From Gordius albopunctatus (taxonomy: Eukaryota), in contig OZ193909.1 of the NCBI GenBank assembly GCA_964276515.1, positions 9,982,001 to 10,046,000 of the forward strand: DNA of 64,000 bases, given 5' to 3'. How positions within the stretch are numbered: the first letter of the stretch is position 1; the number at the start of each line of letters is the position of its first letter. A program made the position numbers and the translations under genes. The notes under the pieces are model-generated. The model did not search any database. It saw only the letters and a program-made list of their open reading frames with translations, and was not told where the DNA came from. Of the stretch, positions 1 through 15,000 are shown in pieces.

Positions 1-3000
1 TATTGTTGCGATTAGTTTGTTTCATCGCGACGAGAGTGCTGAATTTTTGAAACATGCTATATGCGATGATTATTTCAAAGTAATAGTTATCTAATTGTGA
101 TAAATTTTTACTTCTTATCATGAAAATCACGTTAAAAAATAACAACTTTCATCGGATGAATATGGTTTAATGGAAATAATTTTAAATATTTTGAGCTAAA
201 AAATATATTTTTTGTTATTTTATGTAAAAGAGCTTGAAAAAATATATAGAAGTAAGCTAATTTGAAAATCCTATTAATCTCGATCGACTCCTTATAATAA
301 GTTTTAAGCTGCGAGAACTATCATTTTGAGGAAAGACAACGTTATATTGTTGCGATTATCATCGCGACGAGAGTGCTGAATTTTTGAAACATGCTATATG
401 CGATCATTATTTCAAAGTAATAGTTATCTAATTGTGATAAATTTTTACTTCTTATGATGGAATACACGTCTGAAAATAACAACTTTCATCGGATGAATAT
501 GGTTTAATGGAAATAATTTTAAATATTTTGAGCTGAAAAATATATTTTTTGTTATTTTATGTAAAAGAGCTTGAAAAAATATATAAAAGTAAGCTAATTT
601 GAGATTCCTATTAATCTCGATCGACTCCTTATAAGAAGTTTAAAGCTGCGAGAACTATCATTTTGAGGAAAGACAACGTTATATTGTTGCGATTAGTTTG
701 TTTCATCGCGACGAGACTGCTGAATTTTTGAAACATGCTATATGCGATGATCATCTCAAAGTAATAGTTATCTAATTGTGATAAATTTTTACTTCTTATC
801 ATGGAATACACGTCTGAAAATAACAACTTTCATCGGATGAATATGGTTTATTGCAAATAATTTTAAATATTTTGAGCTAAAAAACGATATTTTTTGTTAT
901 TTTATGTAAAAGAGCTTGAAAAAATATGTAAAAGTAAGCTAATTTGAGATTCCTATTAATCTCGATCGACTCCTTATAAGAAGTTTTAATCTGCGAAAAC
1001 TATCATTTTGAGGAAAGACAACGTTATATTGTTGCGATTAGTTTGTTTCATCGCGACGAGAGTGCTGAATTTTTGAAACATGCTATATGCGATGATTATT
1101 TCAAAGTAATAGTTTTCTAATTGTGATAAATTTTTACTTCTTATCATGAAATTCACGTCTGAAAATAACAACTTTCATCGGATGAATATGGTTTAATGGA
1201 AATAATTTTAAATATTTTGAGCTGAAAAATATATTTTTTGTTATTTTGTGTAAAAGAGCTTGAAAAAATATATAAAAGTAAGCTAATTTGAGATTCCTAT
1301 TAATCTCGATCGACTCCTTATAAGAAGTTTTAAGCTGCGAGAACTATCATTTTGTTGAGAGACAACGTTATATTGTTGCGATTAGTTTGTTTCATCGCGA
1401 CGAGACTGCTGAATTTTTGAAACATGCTATATGCGATGATCATCTCAAAGTAATAGTTATCTAATTGTGATAAATTTTTACTTCTTATCATGAAAATCAC
1501 GTCTGAAAATAACAACTTTCATCGGATGAATATGGTTTAATGGAAATAATTTTAAATATTTTGAGCTGAAAAATATATTTTTTGTTATTTTGTGTAAAAG
1601 AGCTTGAAAAAATATATAAAAGTATGTTAATTTGAGATTCATATTAATCTCGATCGACTCCTTATAATAAGTTTTAAGCTGCGAGAACTATCATTTTGAG
1701 GAAAGACAACGTTATATTGTTGCGATTATCATCGCGACGAGAGTGCTGAATTTTTGAAACATGCTATATGCGATGATTATTTCAAAGTAATAGTTATCTA
1801 ATTGTGATAAATTTTTACTTCTTATCATGAAAATCACGTCTGAAAATAACAACTTTCATCGGATGAATATGGTTTAATGGAAATAATTTTAAATATTTTT
1901 AGCTAAAAAAATATTTTTTTTGTTATTTTATGTAAAAGAGCTTGAAAAAATATATAAAAGTAAGCTAATTTGAGATTCCTATTAATCTCGATCGACTCCT
2001 TATAAGAAGTTTTAAGCTGCGAGAACTATCATTTTGAGGAAAGACAACGTTATATTGTTGCGATTAGTTTGTTTCATCGCGACGAGAGTGCTGAATTTTT
2101 GAAACATGCTATATGCGATGATTATTTCAAAGTAATAGTTATCTAATTGTGATAAATTTTTACTTCTTATCATGAAAATCACGTCTGAAAATAACAACTT
2201 TCATCGGATGAATATGGTTTAATGGAAACAATTTTAAATATTTTGAGCTGAAAAATATATTTTTTGTTATTTTGTGTAAAAGAGCTTGAAAAAATATATA
2301 AAAGTATGCTAATTTGAGATTCATATTAATCTCGATCGACTGCTTATAATAAGTTTTAAGCTGCGAGAACTATCATTTTGAGGAAAGACAACGCTTTATT
2401 GTTGCGATTATCATCGCGACGAGAGTGCTGAATTTTTGAAACATGCTATATGCGATGATTATTTCAAAGTAATAGTTATCTAATTGTGATAAATTTTTAC
2501 TTCTTATCATGAAAATCACGTTAAAAAATAACAACTTTCATCGGATGAATATGGTTTAATGGAAATAATTTTAAATATTTTGAGCTAAAAAATTATATTT
2601 TTTGTTATTTTATCTAAAAGAGCTTGAAAAAATATGTAAAAGTAAGCTAATTTGAGATTCATATTAATCTCGATCGACTCCTTATAAGAAGTTTAAAGCT
2701 GCGAGAACTATCATTTTGAGGAAAGACAACGTTATATTGTTGCGATTTGTTTGTTTCATCGCGACGAGAGTGCTGAATTTTTGAAACATGCCATATGCGA
2801 TGATTATTTCAAAGTAATAGTTATCTAATTGTGATAAATTTTAACTTCTTATCATGAAAATCACGTCTGAAAATAACAACTTTCATCGGATGAATATGGT
2901 TTAATGGAAATAATTTTAAATATTTTGAGCTGAAAAATATATTTTTAGTTATTTTGTGTAAAAGAGCTTGAAAAAATATATAAAAGTATGCTAATTTGAG

Positions 3001-6000
3001 ATTCCTATTAATCTCGATCGACTCCTTATAAGAAGTTTTAAGCTGCGAGAACTATCATTTTGAGGAAAGACAACGTTATATTGTTGCGATTAGTTTGTTT
3101 CATCGCGACGAGAGTGCTGAATTTTTGAAACATGCTATATGCGATGATTATTTCAAAGTAATAGTTATCTAATTGTGATAAATTTTTACTTCTTATCATG
3201 AAAATCACGTCTGAAAATAACAACTTTCATCGGATGAATATGGTTTAATGGAAACAATTTTAAATATTTTGAGCTGAAAAATATATTTTTTGTTATTTTG
3301 TGTAAAAGAGCTTGAAAAAATATATAAAAGTATGCTAATTTGAGATTCATATTAATCTCGATCGACTGCTTATAATAAGTTTTAAGCTGCGAGAACTATC
3401 ATTTTGAGGAAAGACAACGCTTTATTGTTGCGATTATCATCGCGACGAGAGTGCTGAATTTTTGAAACATGCTATATGCGATGATTATTTCAAAGTAATA
3501 GTTATCTAATTGTGATAAATTTTTACTTCTTATCATGAAAATCACGTTAAAAAATAACAACTTTCATCGGATGAATATGGTTTAATGGAAATAATTTTAA
3601 ATATTTTGAGCTAAAAAATTATATTTTTTGTTATTTTATCTAAAAGAGCTTGAAAAAATATGTAAAAGTAAGCTAATTTGAGATTCATATTAATCTCGAT
3701 CGACTCCTTATAAGAAGTTTAAAGCTGCGAGAACTATCATTTTGAGGAAAGACAACGTTATATTGTTGCGATTAGTTTGTTTCATCGCGACGAGAGTGCT
3801 GAATTTTTGAAACATGCCATATGCGATGATTATTTCAAAGTAATAGTTATCTAATTGTGATAAATTTTTACTTCTTATCATGAAAATCACGTCTGAAAAT
3901 AACAACTTTCATCGGATGAATATGGTTTAATGGAAATAATTTTAAATATTTTTAGCTAAAAAAATATTTTTTTTGTTATTTTATGTAAAAGAGCTTGAAA
4001 AAATATATAAAAGTAAGCTATCTTGAGATTCCTATTAATCTCGATCGACTCCTTATAAGAAGTTTAAAGCTGCGAGAACTATCATTTTGAGGAAAGACAA
4101 CGTTATATTGTTGCGATTAGTTTGTTTCATCGCGACGAGACTGCTGAATTTTTGAAACATGCTATATGCGATGATCATCTCAAAGTAATAGTTATCTAAT
4201 TGTGATAAATTTTTACTTCTTATCATGGAATACACGTCTGAAAATAACAACTTTCATCGGATGAATATGGTTTATTGCAAATAATTTTAAATATTTTGAG
4301 CTAAAAAACGATATTTTTTGTTATTTTATGTAAAAGAGCTTGAAAAAATATGTAAAAGTAAGCTAATTTGAGATTCCTATTAATCTCGATCGACTCCTTA
4401 TAAGAAGTTTTAATCTGCGAAAACTATCATTTTGAGGAAAGACAACGTTATATTGTTGCGATTAGTTTGTTTCATCGCGACGAGAGTGCTGAATTTTTGA
4501 AACATGCTATATGCGATGATTATTTCAAAGTAATAGTTATCTAATTGTGATAAATTTTTACTTCTTATCATGAAATTCACGTCTGAAAATAACAACTTTC
4601 ATCGGATGAATATGGTTTAATGGAAATAATTTTTAATATTTTGAGCTGAAAAATATATTTTTTGTTATTTTGTGTAAAAGAGCTTGAAAAAATATATAAA
4701 AGTAAGCTAATTTGAGATTCCTATTAATCTCGATCGACTCCTTATAAGAAGTTTTAAGCTGCGAGAACTATCATTTTGTTGAGAGACAACGTTATATTGT
4801 TGCGATTAGTTTGTTTCATCGCGACGAGACTGCTGAATTTTTGAAACATGCTATATGCGATGATCATCTCAAAGTAATAGTTATCTAATTGTGATAAATT
4901 TTTACTTCTTATCATGAAAATCACGTCTGAAAATAACAACTTTCATCGGATGAATATGGTTTAATGGAAATAATTTTAAATATTTTGAGCTGAAAAATAT
5001 ATTTTTTGTTATTTTGTGTAAAAGAGCTTGAAAAAATATATAAAAGTATGTTAATTTGAGATTCATATTAATCTCGATCGACTCCTTATAATAAGTTTTA
5101 AGCTGCGAGAACTATCATTTTGAGGAAAGACAACGTTATATTGTTGCGATTATCATCGCGACGAGAGTGCTGAATTTTTGAAACATGCTATATGCGATGA
5201 TTATTTCAAAGTAATAGTTATCTAATTGTGATAAATTTTTACTTCTTATCATGAAAATCACGTCTGAAAATAACAACTTTCATCGGATGAATATGGTTTA
5301 ATGGAAATAATTTTAAATATTTTGAGCTGAAAAATATATTTTTAGTTATTTTGTGTAAAAGAGCTTGAAAAAATATATAAAAGTATGCTAATTTGAGATT
5401 CCTATTAATCTCGATCGACTCCTTATAAGAAGTTTTAAGCTGCGAGAACTATCATTTTGAGGAAAGACAACGTTATATTGTTGCGATTAGTTTGTTTCAT
5501 CGCGACGAGAGTGCTGAATTTTTGAAACATGCTATATGCGATGATTATTTCAAAGTAATAGTTATCTAATTGTGATAAATTTTTACTTCTTATCATGAAA
5601 ATCACGTCTGAAAATAACAACTTTCATCGGATGAATATGGTTTAATGGAAACAATTTTAAATATTTTGAGCTGAAAAATATATTTTTTGTTATTTTGTGT
5701 AAAAGAGCTTGAAAAAATATATAAAAGTATGCTAATTTGAGATTCATATTAATCTCGATCGACTGCTTATAATAAGTTTTAAGCTGCGAGAACTATCATT
5801 TTGAGGAAAGACAACGCTTTATTGTTGCGATTATCATCGCGACGAGAGTGCTGAATTTTTGAAACATGCTATATGCGATGATTATTTCAAAGTAATAGTT
5901 ATCTAATTGTGATAAATTTTTACTTCTTATCATGAAAATCACGTTAAAAAATAACAACTTTCATCGGATGAATATGGTTTAATGGAAATAATTTTAAATA

Positions 6001-9000
6001 TTTTGAGCTAAAAAATTATATTTTTTGTTATTTTATCTAAAAGAGCTTGAAAAAATATGTAAAAGTAAGCTAATTTGAGATTCATATTAATCTCGATCGA
6101 CTCCTTATAAGAAGTTTAAAGCTGCGAGAACTATCATTTTGAGGAAAGACAACGTTATATTGTTGCGATTAGTTTGTTTCATCGCGACGAGAGTGCTGAA
6201 TTTTTGAAACATGCCATATGCGATGATTATTTCAAAGTAATAGTTATCTAATTGTGATAAATTTTTACTTCTTATCATGAAAATCACGTCTGAAAATAAC
6301 AACTTTCATCGGATGAATATGGTTTAATGGAAATAATTTTAAATATTTTTAGCTAAAAAAATATTTTTTTTGTTATTTTATGTAAAAGAGCTTGAAAAAA
6401 TATATAAAAGTAAGCTATCTTGAGATTCCTATTAATCTCGATCGACTCCTTATAAGAAGTTTAAAGCTGCGAGAACTATCATTTTGAGGAAAGACAACGT
6501 TATATTGTTGCGATTAGTTTGTTTCATCGCGACGAGACTGCTGAATTTTTGAAACATGCTATATGCGATGATCATCTCAAAGTAATAGTTATCTAATTGT
6601 GATAAATTTTTACTTCTTATCATGGAATACACGTCTGAAAATAACAACTTTCATCGGATGAATATGGTTTATTGCAAATAATTTTAAATATTTTGAGCTA
6701 AAAAACGATATTTTTTGTTATTTTATGTAAAAGAGCTTGAAAAAATATGTAAAAGTAAGCTAATTTGAGATTCCTATTAATCTCGATCGACTCCTTATAA
6801 GAAGTTTTAATCTGCGAAAACTATCATTTTGAGGAAAGACAACGTTATATTGTTGCGATTAGTTTGTTTCATCGCGACGAGAGTGCTGAATTTTTGAAAC
6901 ATGCTATATGCGATGATTATTTCAAAGTAATAGTTATCTAATTGTGATAAATTTTTACTTCTTATCATGAAATTCACGTCTGAAAATAACAACTTTCATC
7001 GGATGAATATGGTTTAATGGAAATAATTTTTAATATTTTGAGCTGAAAAATATATTTTTTGTTATTTTGTGTAAAAGAGCTTGAAAAAATATATAAAAGT
7101 AAGCTAATTTGAGATTCCTATTAATCTCGATCGACTCCTTATAAGAAGTTTTAAGCTGCGAGAACTATCATTTTGTTGAGAGACAACGTTATATTGTTGC
7201 GATTAGTTTGTTTCATCGCGACGAGACTGCTGAATTTTTGAAACATGCTATATGCGATGATCATCTCAAAGTAATAGTTATCTAATTGTGATAAATTTTT
7301 ACTTCTTATCATGAAAATCACGTCTGAAAATAACAACTTTCATCGGATGAATATGGTTTAATGGAAATAATTTTAAATATTTTGAGCTGAAAAATATATT
7401 TTTTGTTATTTTGTGTAAAAGAGCTTGAAAAAATATATAAAAGTATGTTAATTTGAGATTCATATTAATCTCGATCGACTCCTTATAATAAGTTTTAAGC
7501 TGCGAGAACTATCATTTTGAGGAAAGACAACGTTATATTGTTGCGATTATCATCGCGACGAGAGTGCTGAATTTTTGAAACATGCTATATGCGATGATTA
7601 TTTCAAAGTAATAGTTATCTAATTGTGATAAATTTTTACTTCTTATCATGAAAATCACGTCTGAAAATAACAACTTTCATCGGATGAATATGGTTTAATG
7701 GAAATAATTTTAAATATTTTTAGCTAAAAAAATATTTTTTTTGTTATTTTATGTAAAAGAGCTTGAAAAAATATATAAAAGTAAGCTAATTTGAGATTCC
7801 TATTAATCTCGATCGACTCCTTATAAGAAGTTTTAAGCTGCGAGAACTATCATTTTGAGGAAAGACAACGTTATATTGTTGCGATTAGTTTGTTTCATCG
7901 CGACGAGAGTGCTGAATTTTTGAAACATGCTATATGCGATGATTATTTCAAAGTAATAGTTATCTAATTGTGATAAATTTTTACTTCTTATCATGAAAAT
8001 CACGTCTGAAAATAACAACTTTCATCGGATGAATATGGTTTAATGGAAACAATTTTAAATATTTTGAGCTGAAAAATATATTTTTTGTTATTTTGTGTAA
8101 AAGAGCTTGAAAAAATATATAAAAGTATGCTAATTTGAGATTCATATTAATCTCGATCGACTGCTTATAATAAGTTTTAAGCTGCGAGAACTATCATTTT
8201 GAGGAAAGACAACGCTTTATTGTTGCGATTATCATCGCGACGAGAGTGCTGAATTTTTGAAACATGCTATATGCGATGATTATTTCAAAGTAATAGTTAT
8301 CTAATTGTGATAAATTTTTACTTCTTATCATGAAAATCACGTCTGAAAATAACAACTTTCATCGGATGAATATGGTTTAATGGAAATAATTTTAAATATT
8401 TTGAGCTGAAAAATATATTTTTTGTTATTTTATGTAAAAGAGCTTGAAAAAATATATAAAAGTAAGCTAATTTGAGATTCCTATTAATCTCGATCGACTC
8501 CTTATAAGAAGTTTTAAGCTGCGAGAACTATCATTTTGAGGAAAGACAACGTTATATTGTTGCGATTAGTTTGTTTCATCGCGACGAGACTGCTGAATTT
8601 TTGAAACATGCTATATGCGATGATCATCTCAAAGTAATAGTTATCTAATTGTGATAAATTTTTACTTCTTATCATGGAATACACGTCTGAAAATAACAAC
8701 TTTCATCGGATGAATATGGTTTATTGCAAATAATTTTAAATATTTTGAGCTAAAAAACGATATTTTTTGTTATTTTATGTAAAAGAGCTTGAAAAAATAT
8801 GTAAAAGTAAGCTAATTTGAGATTCCTATTAATCTCGATCGACTCCTTATAAGAAGTTTTAATCTGCGAAAACTATCATTTTGAGGAAAGACAACGTTAT
8901 ATTGTTGCGATTAGTTTGTTTCATCGCGACGAGAGTGCTGAATTTTTGAAACATGCTATATGCGATGATCATCTCAAAGTAATAGTTATCTAATTGTGAT

Positions 9001-12000
9001 AAATTTTTACTTCTTATCATGGAATACACGTCTGAAAATAACAACTTTCATCGGATGAATATGGTTTATTGCAAATAATTTTAAATATTTTGAGCTAAAA
9101 AACGATATTTTTTGTTATTTTATGTAAAAGAGCTTGAAAAAATATGTAAAAGTAAGCTAATTTGAGATTCCTATTAATCTCGATCGACTCCTTATAAGAA
9201 GTTTTAATCTGCGAAAACTATCATTTTGAGGAAAGACAACGTTATATTGTTGCGATTAGTTTGTTTCATCGCGACGAGAGTGCTGAATTTTTGAAACATG
9301 CTATATGCGATGATCATCTCAAAGTAATAGTTATCTAATTGTGATAAATTTTTACTTCTTATCATGGAATACACGTCTGAAAATAACAACTTTCATCGGA
9401 TGAATATGGTTTATTGCAAATAATTTTAAATATTTTGAGCTAAAAAACGATATTTTTTGTTATTTTATGTAAAAGAGCTTGAAAAAATATGTAAAAGTAA
9501 GCTAATTTGAGATTCCTATTAATCTCGATCGACTCCTTATAAGAAGTTTTAATCTGCGAAAACTATCATTTTGAGGAAAGACAACGTTATATTGTTGCGA
9601 TTAGTTTGTTTCATCGCGACGAGAGTGCTGAATTTTTGAAACATGCTATATGCGATGATTATTTCAAAGTAATAGTTATCTAATTGTGATAAATTTTTAC
9701 TTCTTATGATGGAATACACGTCTGAAAATAACAACTTTCATCGGATGAATATGGTTTAATGGAAATAATTTTAAATATTTTGAGCTGAAAAATATATTTT
9801 TTGTTATTTTATGTAAAAGAGCTTGAAAAAATATATAAAAGTAAGCTAATTTGAGATTCCTATTAATCTCGATCGACTCCTTATAAGAAGTTTAAAGCTG
9901 CGAGAACTATCATTTTGAGGAAAGACAACGTTATATTGTTGCGATTAGTTTGTTTCATCGCGACGAGAGTGCTGAATTTTTGAAACATGCTATATGCGAT
10001 GATTATTTCAAAGTAATAGTTATCTAATTGTGATAAATTTTTACTTCTTATCATGAAAATCACGTCTGAAAATAACAACTTTCATCGGATGAATATGGTT
10101 TAATGGAAACAATTTTAAATATTTTGAGCTGAAAAATATATTTTTTGTTATTTTGTGTAAAAGAGCTTGAAAAAATATATAAAAGTATGCTAATTTGAGA
10201 TTCATATTAATCTCGATCGACTGCTTATAATAAGTTTTAAGCTGCGAGAACTATCATTTTGAGGAAAGACAACGTTATATTGTTGCGATTAGTTTGTTTC
10301 ATCGCGACGAGAGTGCTGAATTTTTGAAACATGCTATATGCGATGATTATTTCAAAGTAATAGTTATCTAATTGTGATAAATTTTTACTTCTTATCATGA
10401 AATTCACGTCTGAAAATAACAACTTTCATCGGATGAATATGGTTTAATGGAAATAATTTTAAATATTTTGAGCTGAAAAATATATTTTTTGTTATTTTGT
10501 GTAAAAGAGCTTGAAAAAATATATAAAAGTAAGCTAATTTGAGATTCCTATTAATCTCGATCGACTCCTTATAAGAAGTTTTAAGCTGCGAGAACTATCA
10601 TTTTGTTGAGAGACAACGTTATATTGTTGCGATTAGTTTGTTTCATCGCGACGAGACTGCTGAATTTTTGAAACATGCTATATGCGATGATCATCTCAAA
10701 GTAATAGTTATCTAATTGTGATAAATTTTTACTTCTTATCATGAAAATCACGTCTGAAAATAACAACTTTCATCGGATGAATATGGTTTAATGGAAATAA
10801 TTTTAAATATTTTGAGCTGAAAAATATATTTTTTGTTATTTTGTGTAAAAGAGCTTGAAAAAATATATAAAAGTATGTTAATTTGAGATTCATATTAATC
10901 TCGATCGACTCCTTATAATAAGTTTTAAGCTGCGAGAACTATCATTTTGAGGAAAGACAACGTTATATTGTTGCGATTATCATCGCGACGAGAGTGCTGA
11001 ATTTTTGAAACATGCTATATGCGATGATTATTTCAAAGTAATAGTTATCTAATTGTGATAAATTTTTACTTCTTATCATGAAAATCACGTCTGAAAATAA
11101 CAACTTTCATCGGATGAATATGGTTTAATGGAAATAATTTTAAATATTTTTAGCTAAAAAAATATTTTTTTTGTTATTTTATGTAAAAGAGCTTGAAAAA
11201 ATATATAAAAGTAAGCTAATTTGAGATTCCTATTAATCTCGATCGACTCCTTATAAGAAGTTTTAAGCTGCGAGAACTATCATTTTGAGGAAAGACAACG
11301 TTATATTGTTGCGATTAGTTTGTTTCATCGCGACGAGAGTGCTGAATTTTTGAAACATGCTATATGCGATGATTATTTCAAAGTAATAGTTATCTAATTG
11401 TGATAAATTTTTACTTCTTATCATGAAAATCACGTCTGAAAATAACAACTTTCATCGGATGAATATGGTTTAATGGAAACAATTTTAAATATTTTGAGCT
11501 GAAAAATATATTTTTTGTTATTTTGTGTAAAAGAGCTTGAAAAAATATATAAAAGTATGCTAATTTGAGATTCATATTAATCTCGATCGACTGCTTATAA
11601 TAAGTTTTAAGCTGCGAGAACTATCATTTTGAGGAAAGACAACGCTTTATTGTTGCGATTATCATCGCGACGAGAGTGCTGAATTTTTGAAACATGCTAT
11701 ATGCGATGATTATTTCAAAGTAATAGTTATCTAATTGTGATAAATTTTTACTTCTTATCATGAAAATCACGTCTGAAAATAACAACTTTCATCGGATGAA
11801 TATGGTTTAATGGAAATAATTTTAAATATTTTGAGCTGAAAAATATATTTTTTGTTATTTTATGTAAAAGAGCTTGAAAAAATATATAAAAGTAAGCTAA
11901 TTTGAGATTCCTATTAATCTCGATCGACTCCTTATAAGAAGTTTTAAGCTGCGAGAACTATCATTTTGAGGAAAGACAACGTTATATTGTTGCGATTAGT

Positions 12001-15000
12001 TTGTTTCATCGCGACGAGACTGCTGAATTTTTGAAACATGCTATATGCGATGATCATCTCAAAGTAATAGTTATCTAATTGTGATAAATTTTTACTTCTT
12101 ATCATGGAATACACGTCTGAAAATAACAACTTTCATCGGATGAATATGGTTTATTGCAAATAATTTTAAATATTTTGAGCTAAAAAACGATATTTTTTGT
12201 TATTTTATGTAAAAGAGCTTGAAAAAATATGTAAAAGTAAGCTAATTTGAGATTCCTATTAATCTCGATCGACTCCTTATAAGAAGTTTTAATCTGCGAA
12301 AACTATCATTTTGAGGAAAGACAACGTTATATTGTTGCGATTAGTTTGTTTCATCGCGACGAGAGTGCTGAATTTTTGAAACATGCTATATGCGATGATC
12401 ATCTCAAAGTAATAGTTATCTAATTGTGATAAATTTTTACTTCTTATCATGGAATACACGTCTGAAAATAACAACTTTCATCGGATGAATATGGTTTATT
12501 GCAAATAATTTTAAATATTTTGAGCTAAAAAACGATATTTTTTGTTATTTTATGTAAAAGAGCTTGAAAAAATATGTAAAAGTAAGCTAATTTGAGATTC
12601 CTATTAATCTCGATCGACTCCTTATAAGAAGTTTTAATCTGCGAAAACTATCATTTTGAGGAAAGACAACGTTATATTGTTGCGATTAGTTTGTTTCATC
12701 GCGACGAGAGTGCTGAATTTTTGAAACATGCTATATGCGATGATTATTTCAAAGTAATAGTTATCTAATTGTGATAAATTTTTACTTCTTATCATGAAAT
12801 TCACGTCTGAAAATAACAACTTTCATCGGATGAATATGGTTTAATGGAAATAATTTTAAATATTTTGAGCTAAAAAATATATTTTTTGTTATTTTATGTA
12901 AAAGAGCTTGAAAAAATATATAGAAGTAAGCTAATTTGAAAATCCTATTAATCTCGATCGACTCCTTATAATAAGTTTTAAGCTGCGAGAACTATCATTT
13001 TGAGGAAAGACAACGTTATATTGTTGCGATTAGTTTGTTTCATCGCGACGAGACTGCTGAATTTTTGAAACATGCTATATGCGATGATCATCTCAAAGTA
13101 ATAGTTATCTAATTGTGATAAATTTTTACTTCTTATCATGGAATACACGTCTGAAAATAACAACTTTCATCGGATGAATATGGTTTATTGCAAATAATTT
13201 TAAATATTTTGAGCTAAAAAACGATATTTTTTGTTATTTTATGTAAAAGAGCTTGAAAAAATATGTAAAAGTAAGCTAATTTGAGATTCCTATTAATCTC
13301 GATCGACTCCTTATAAGAAGTTTTAATCTGCGAAAACTATCATTTTGAGGAAAGACAACGTTATATTGTTGCGATTAGTTTGTTTCATCGCGACGAGGAT
13401 GCTGAATTTTTGAAACATGCTATATGCGATGATTATTTCAAAGTAATAGTTATCTAATTGTGATAAATTTTTACTTCTTATGATGGAATACACGTCTGAA
13501 AATAACAACTTTCATCGGATGAATATGGTTTAATGGAAATAATTTTAAATATTTTGAGCTGAAAAATATATTTTTTGTTATTTTATGTAAAAGAGCTTGA
13601 AAAAATATATAAAAGTAAGCTAATTTGAGATTCCTATTAATCTCGATCGACTCCTTATAAGAAGTTTAAAGCTGCGAGAACTATCATTTTGTTGAGAGAC
13701 AACGTTATATTGTTGCGATTAGTTTGTTTCATCGCGACGAGACTGCTGAATTTTTGAAACATGCTATATGCGATGATCATCTCAAAGTAATAGTTATCTA
13801 ATTGTGATAAATTTTTACTTCTTATCATGGAATACACGTCTGAAAATAACAACTTTCATCGGATGAATATGGTTTATTGCAAATAATTTTAAATATTTTG
13901 AGCTAAAAAACGATATTTTTTGTTATTTTATGTAAAAGAGCTTGAAAAAATATGTAAAAGTAAGCTAATTTGAGATTCCTATTAATCTCGATCGACTCCT
14001 TATAAGAAGTTTTAATCTGCGAAAACTATCATTTTGAGGAAAGACAACGTTATATTGTTGCGATTAGTTTGTTTCATCGCGACGAGAGTGCTGAATTTTT
14101 GAAACATGCTATATGCGATGATTATTTCAAAGTAATAGTTATCTAATTGTGATAAATTTTTACTTCTTATCATGAAATTCACGTCTGAAAATAACAACTT
14201 TCATCGGATGAATATGGTTTAATGGAAATAATTTTAAATATTTTGAGCTGAAAAATATATTTTTTGTTATTTTGTGTAAAAGAGCTTGAAAAAATATATA
14301 AAAGTAAGCTAATTTGAGATTCCTATTAATCTCGATCGACTCCTTATAAGAAGTTTTAAGCTGCGAGAACTATCATTTTGTTGAGAGACAACGTTATATT
14401 GTTGCGATTAGTTTGTTTCATCGCGACGAGACTGCTGAATTTTTGAAACATGCTATATGCGATGATCATCTCAAAGTAATAGTTATCTAATTGTGATAAA
14501 TTTTTACTTCTTATGATGGAATACACGTCTGAAAATAACAACTTTCATCGGATGAATATGGTTTAATGGAAATAATTTTAAATATTTTGAGCTGAAAAAT
14601 ATATTTTTAGTTATTTTGTGTAAAAGAGCTTGAAAAAATATATAAAAGTATGCTAATTTGAGATTCCTATTAATCTCGATCGACTCCTTATAAGAAGTTT
14701 TAATCTGCGAAAACTATCATTTTGAGGAAAGACAACGTTATATTGTTGCGATTAGTTTGTTTCATCGCGACGAGAGTGCTGAATTTTTGAAACATGCTAT
14801 ATGCGATGATTATTTCAAAGTAATAGTTATCTAATTGTGATAAATTTTTACTTCTTATCATGAAAATCACGTTAAAAAATAACAACTTTCATCGGATGAA
14901 TATGGTTTAATGGAAATAATTTTAAATATTTTGAGCTAAAAAATATATTTTTTGTTATTTTATGTAAAAGAGCTTGAAAAAATATATAGAAGTAAGCTAA

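Noticed and set aside
1..344. Internal ~172-bp dimer structure within the monomer
   Set aside because: I could not see convincing similarity between the two halves by eye. A self-alignment would be needed.
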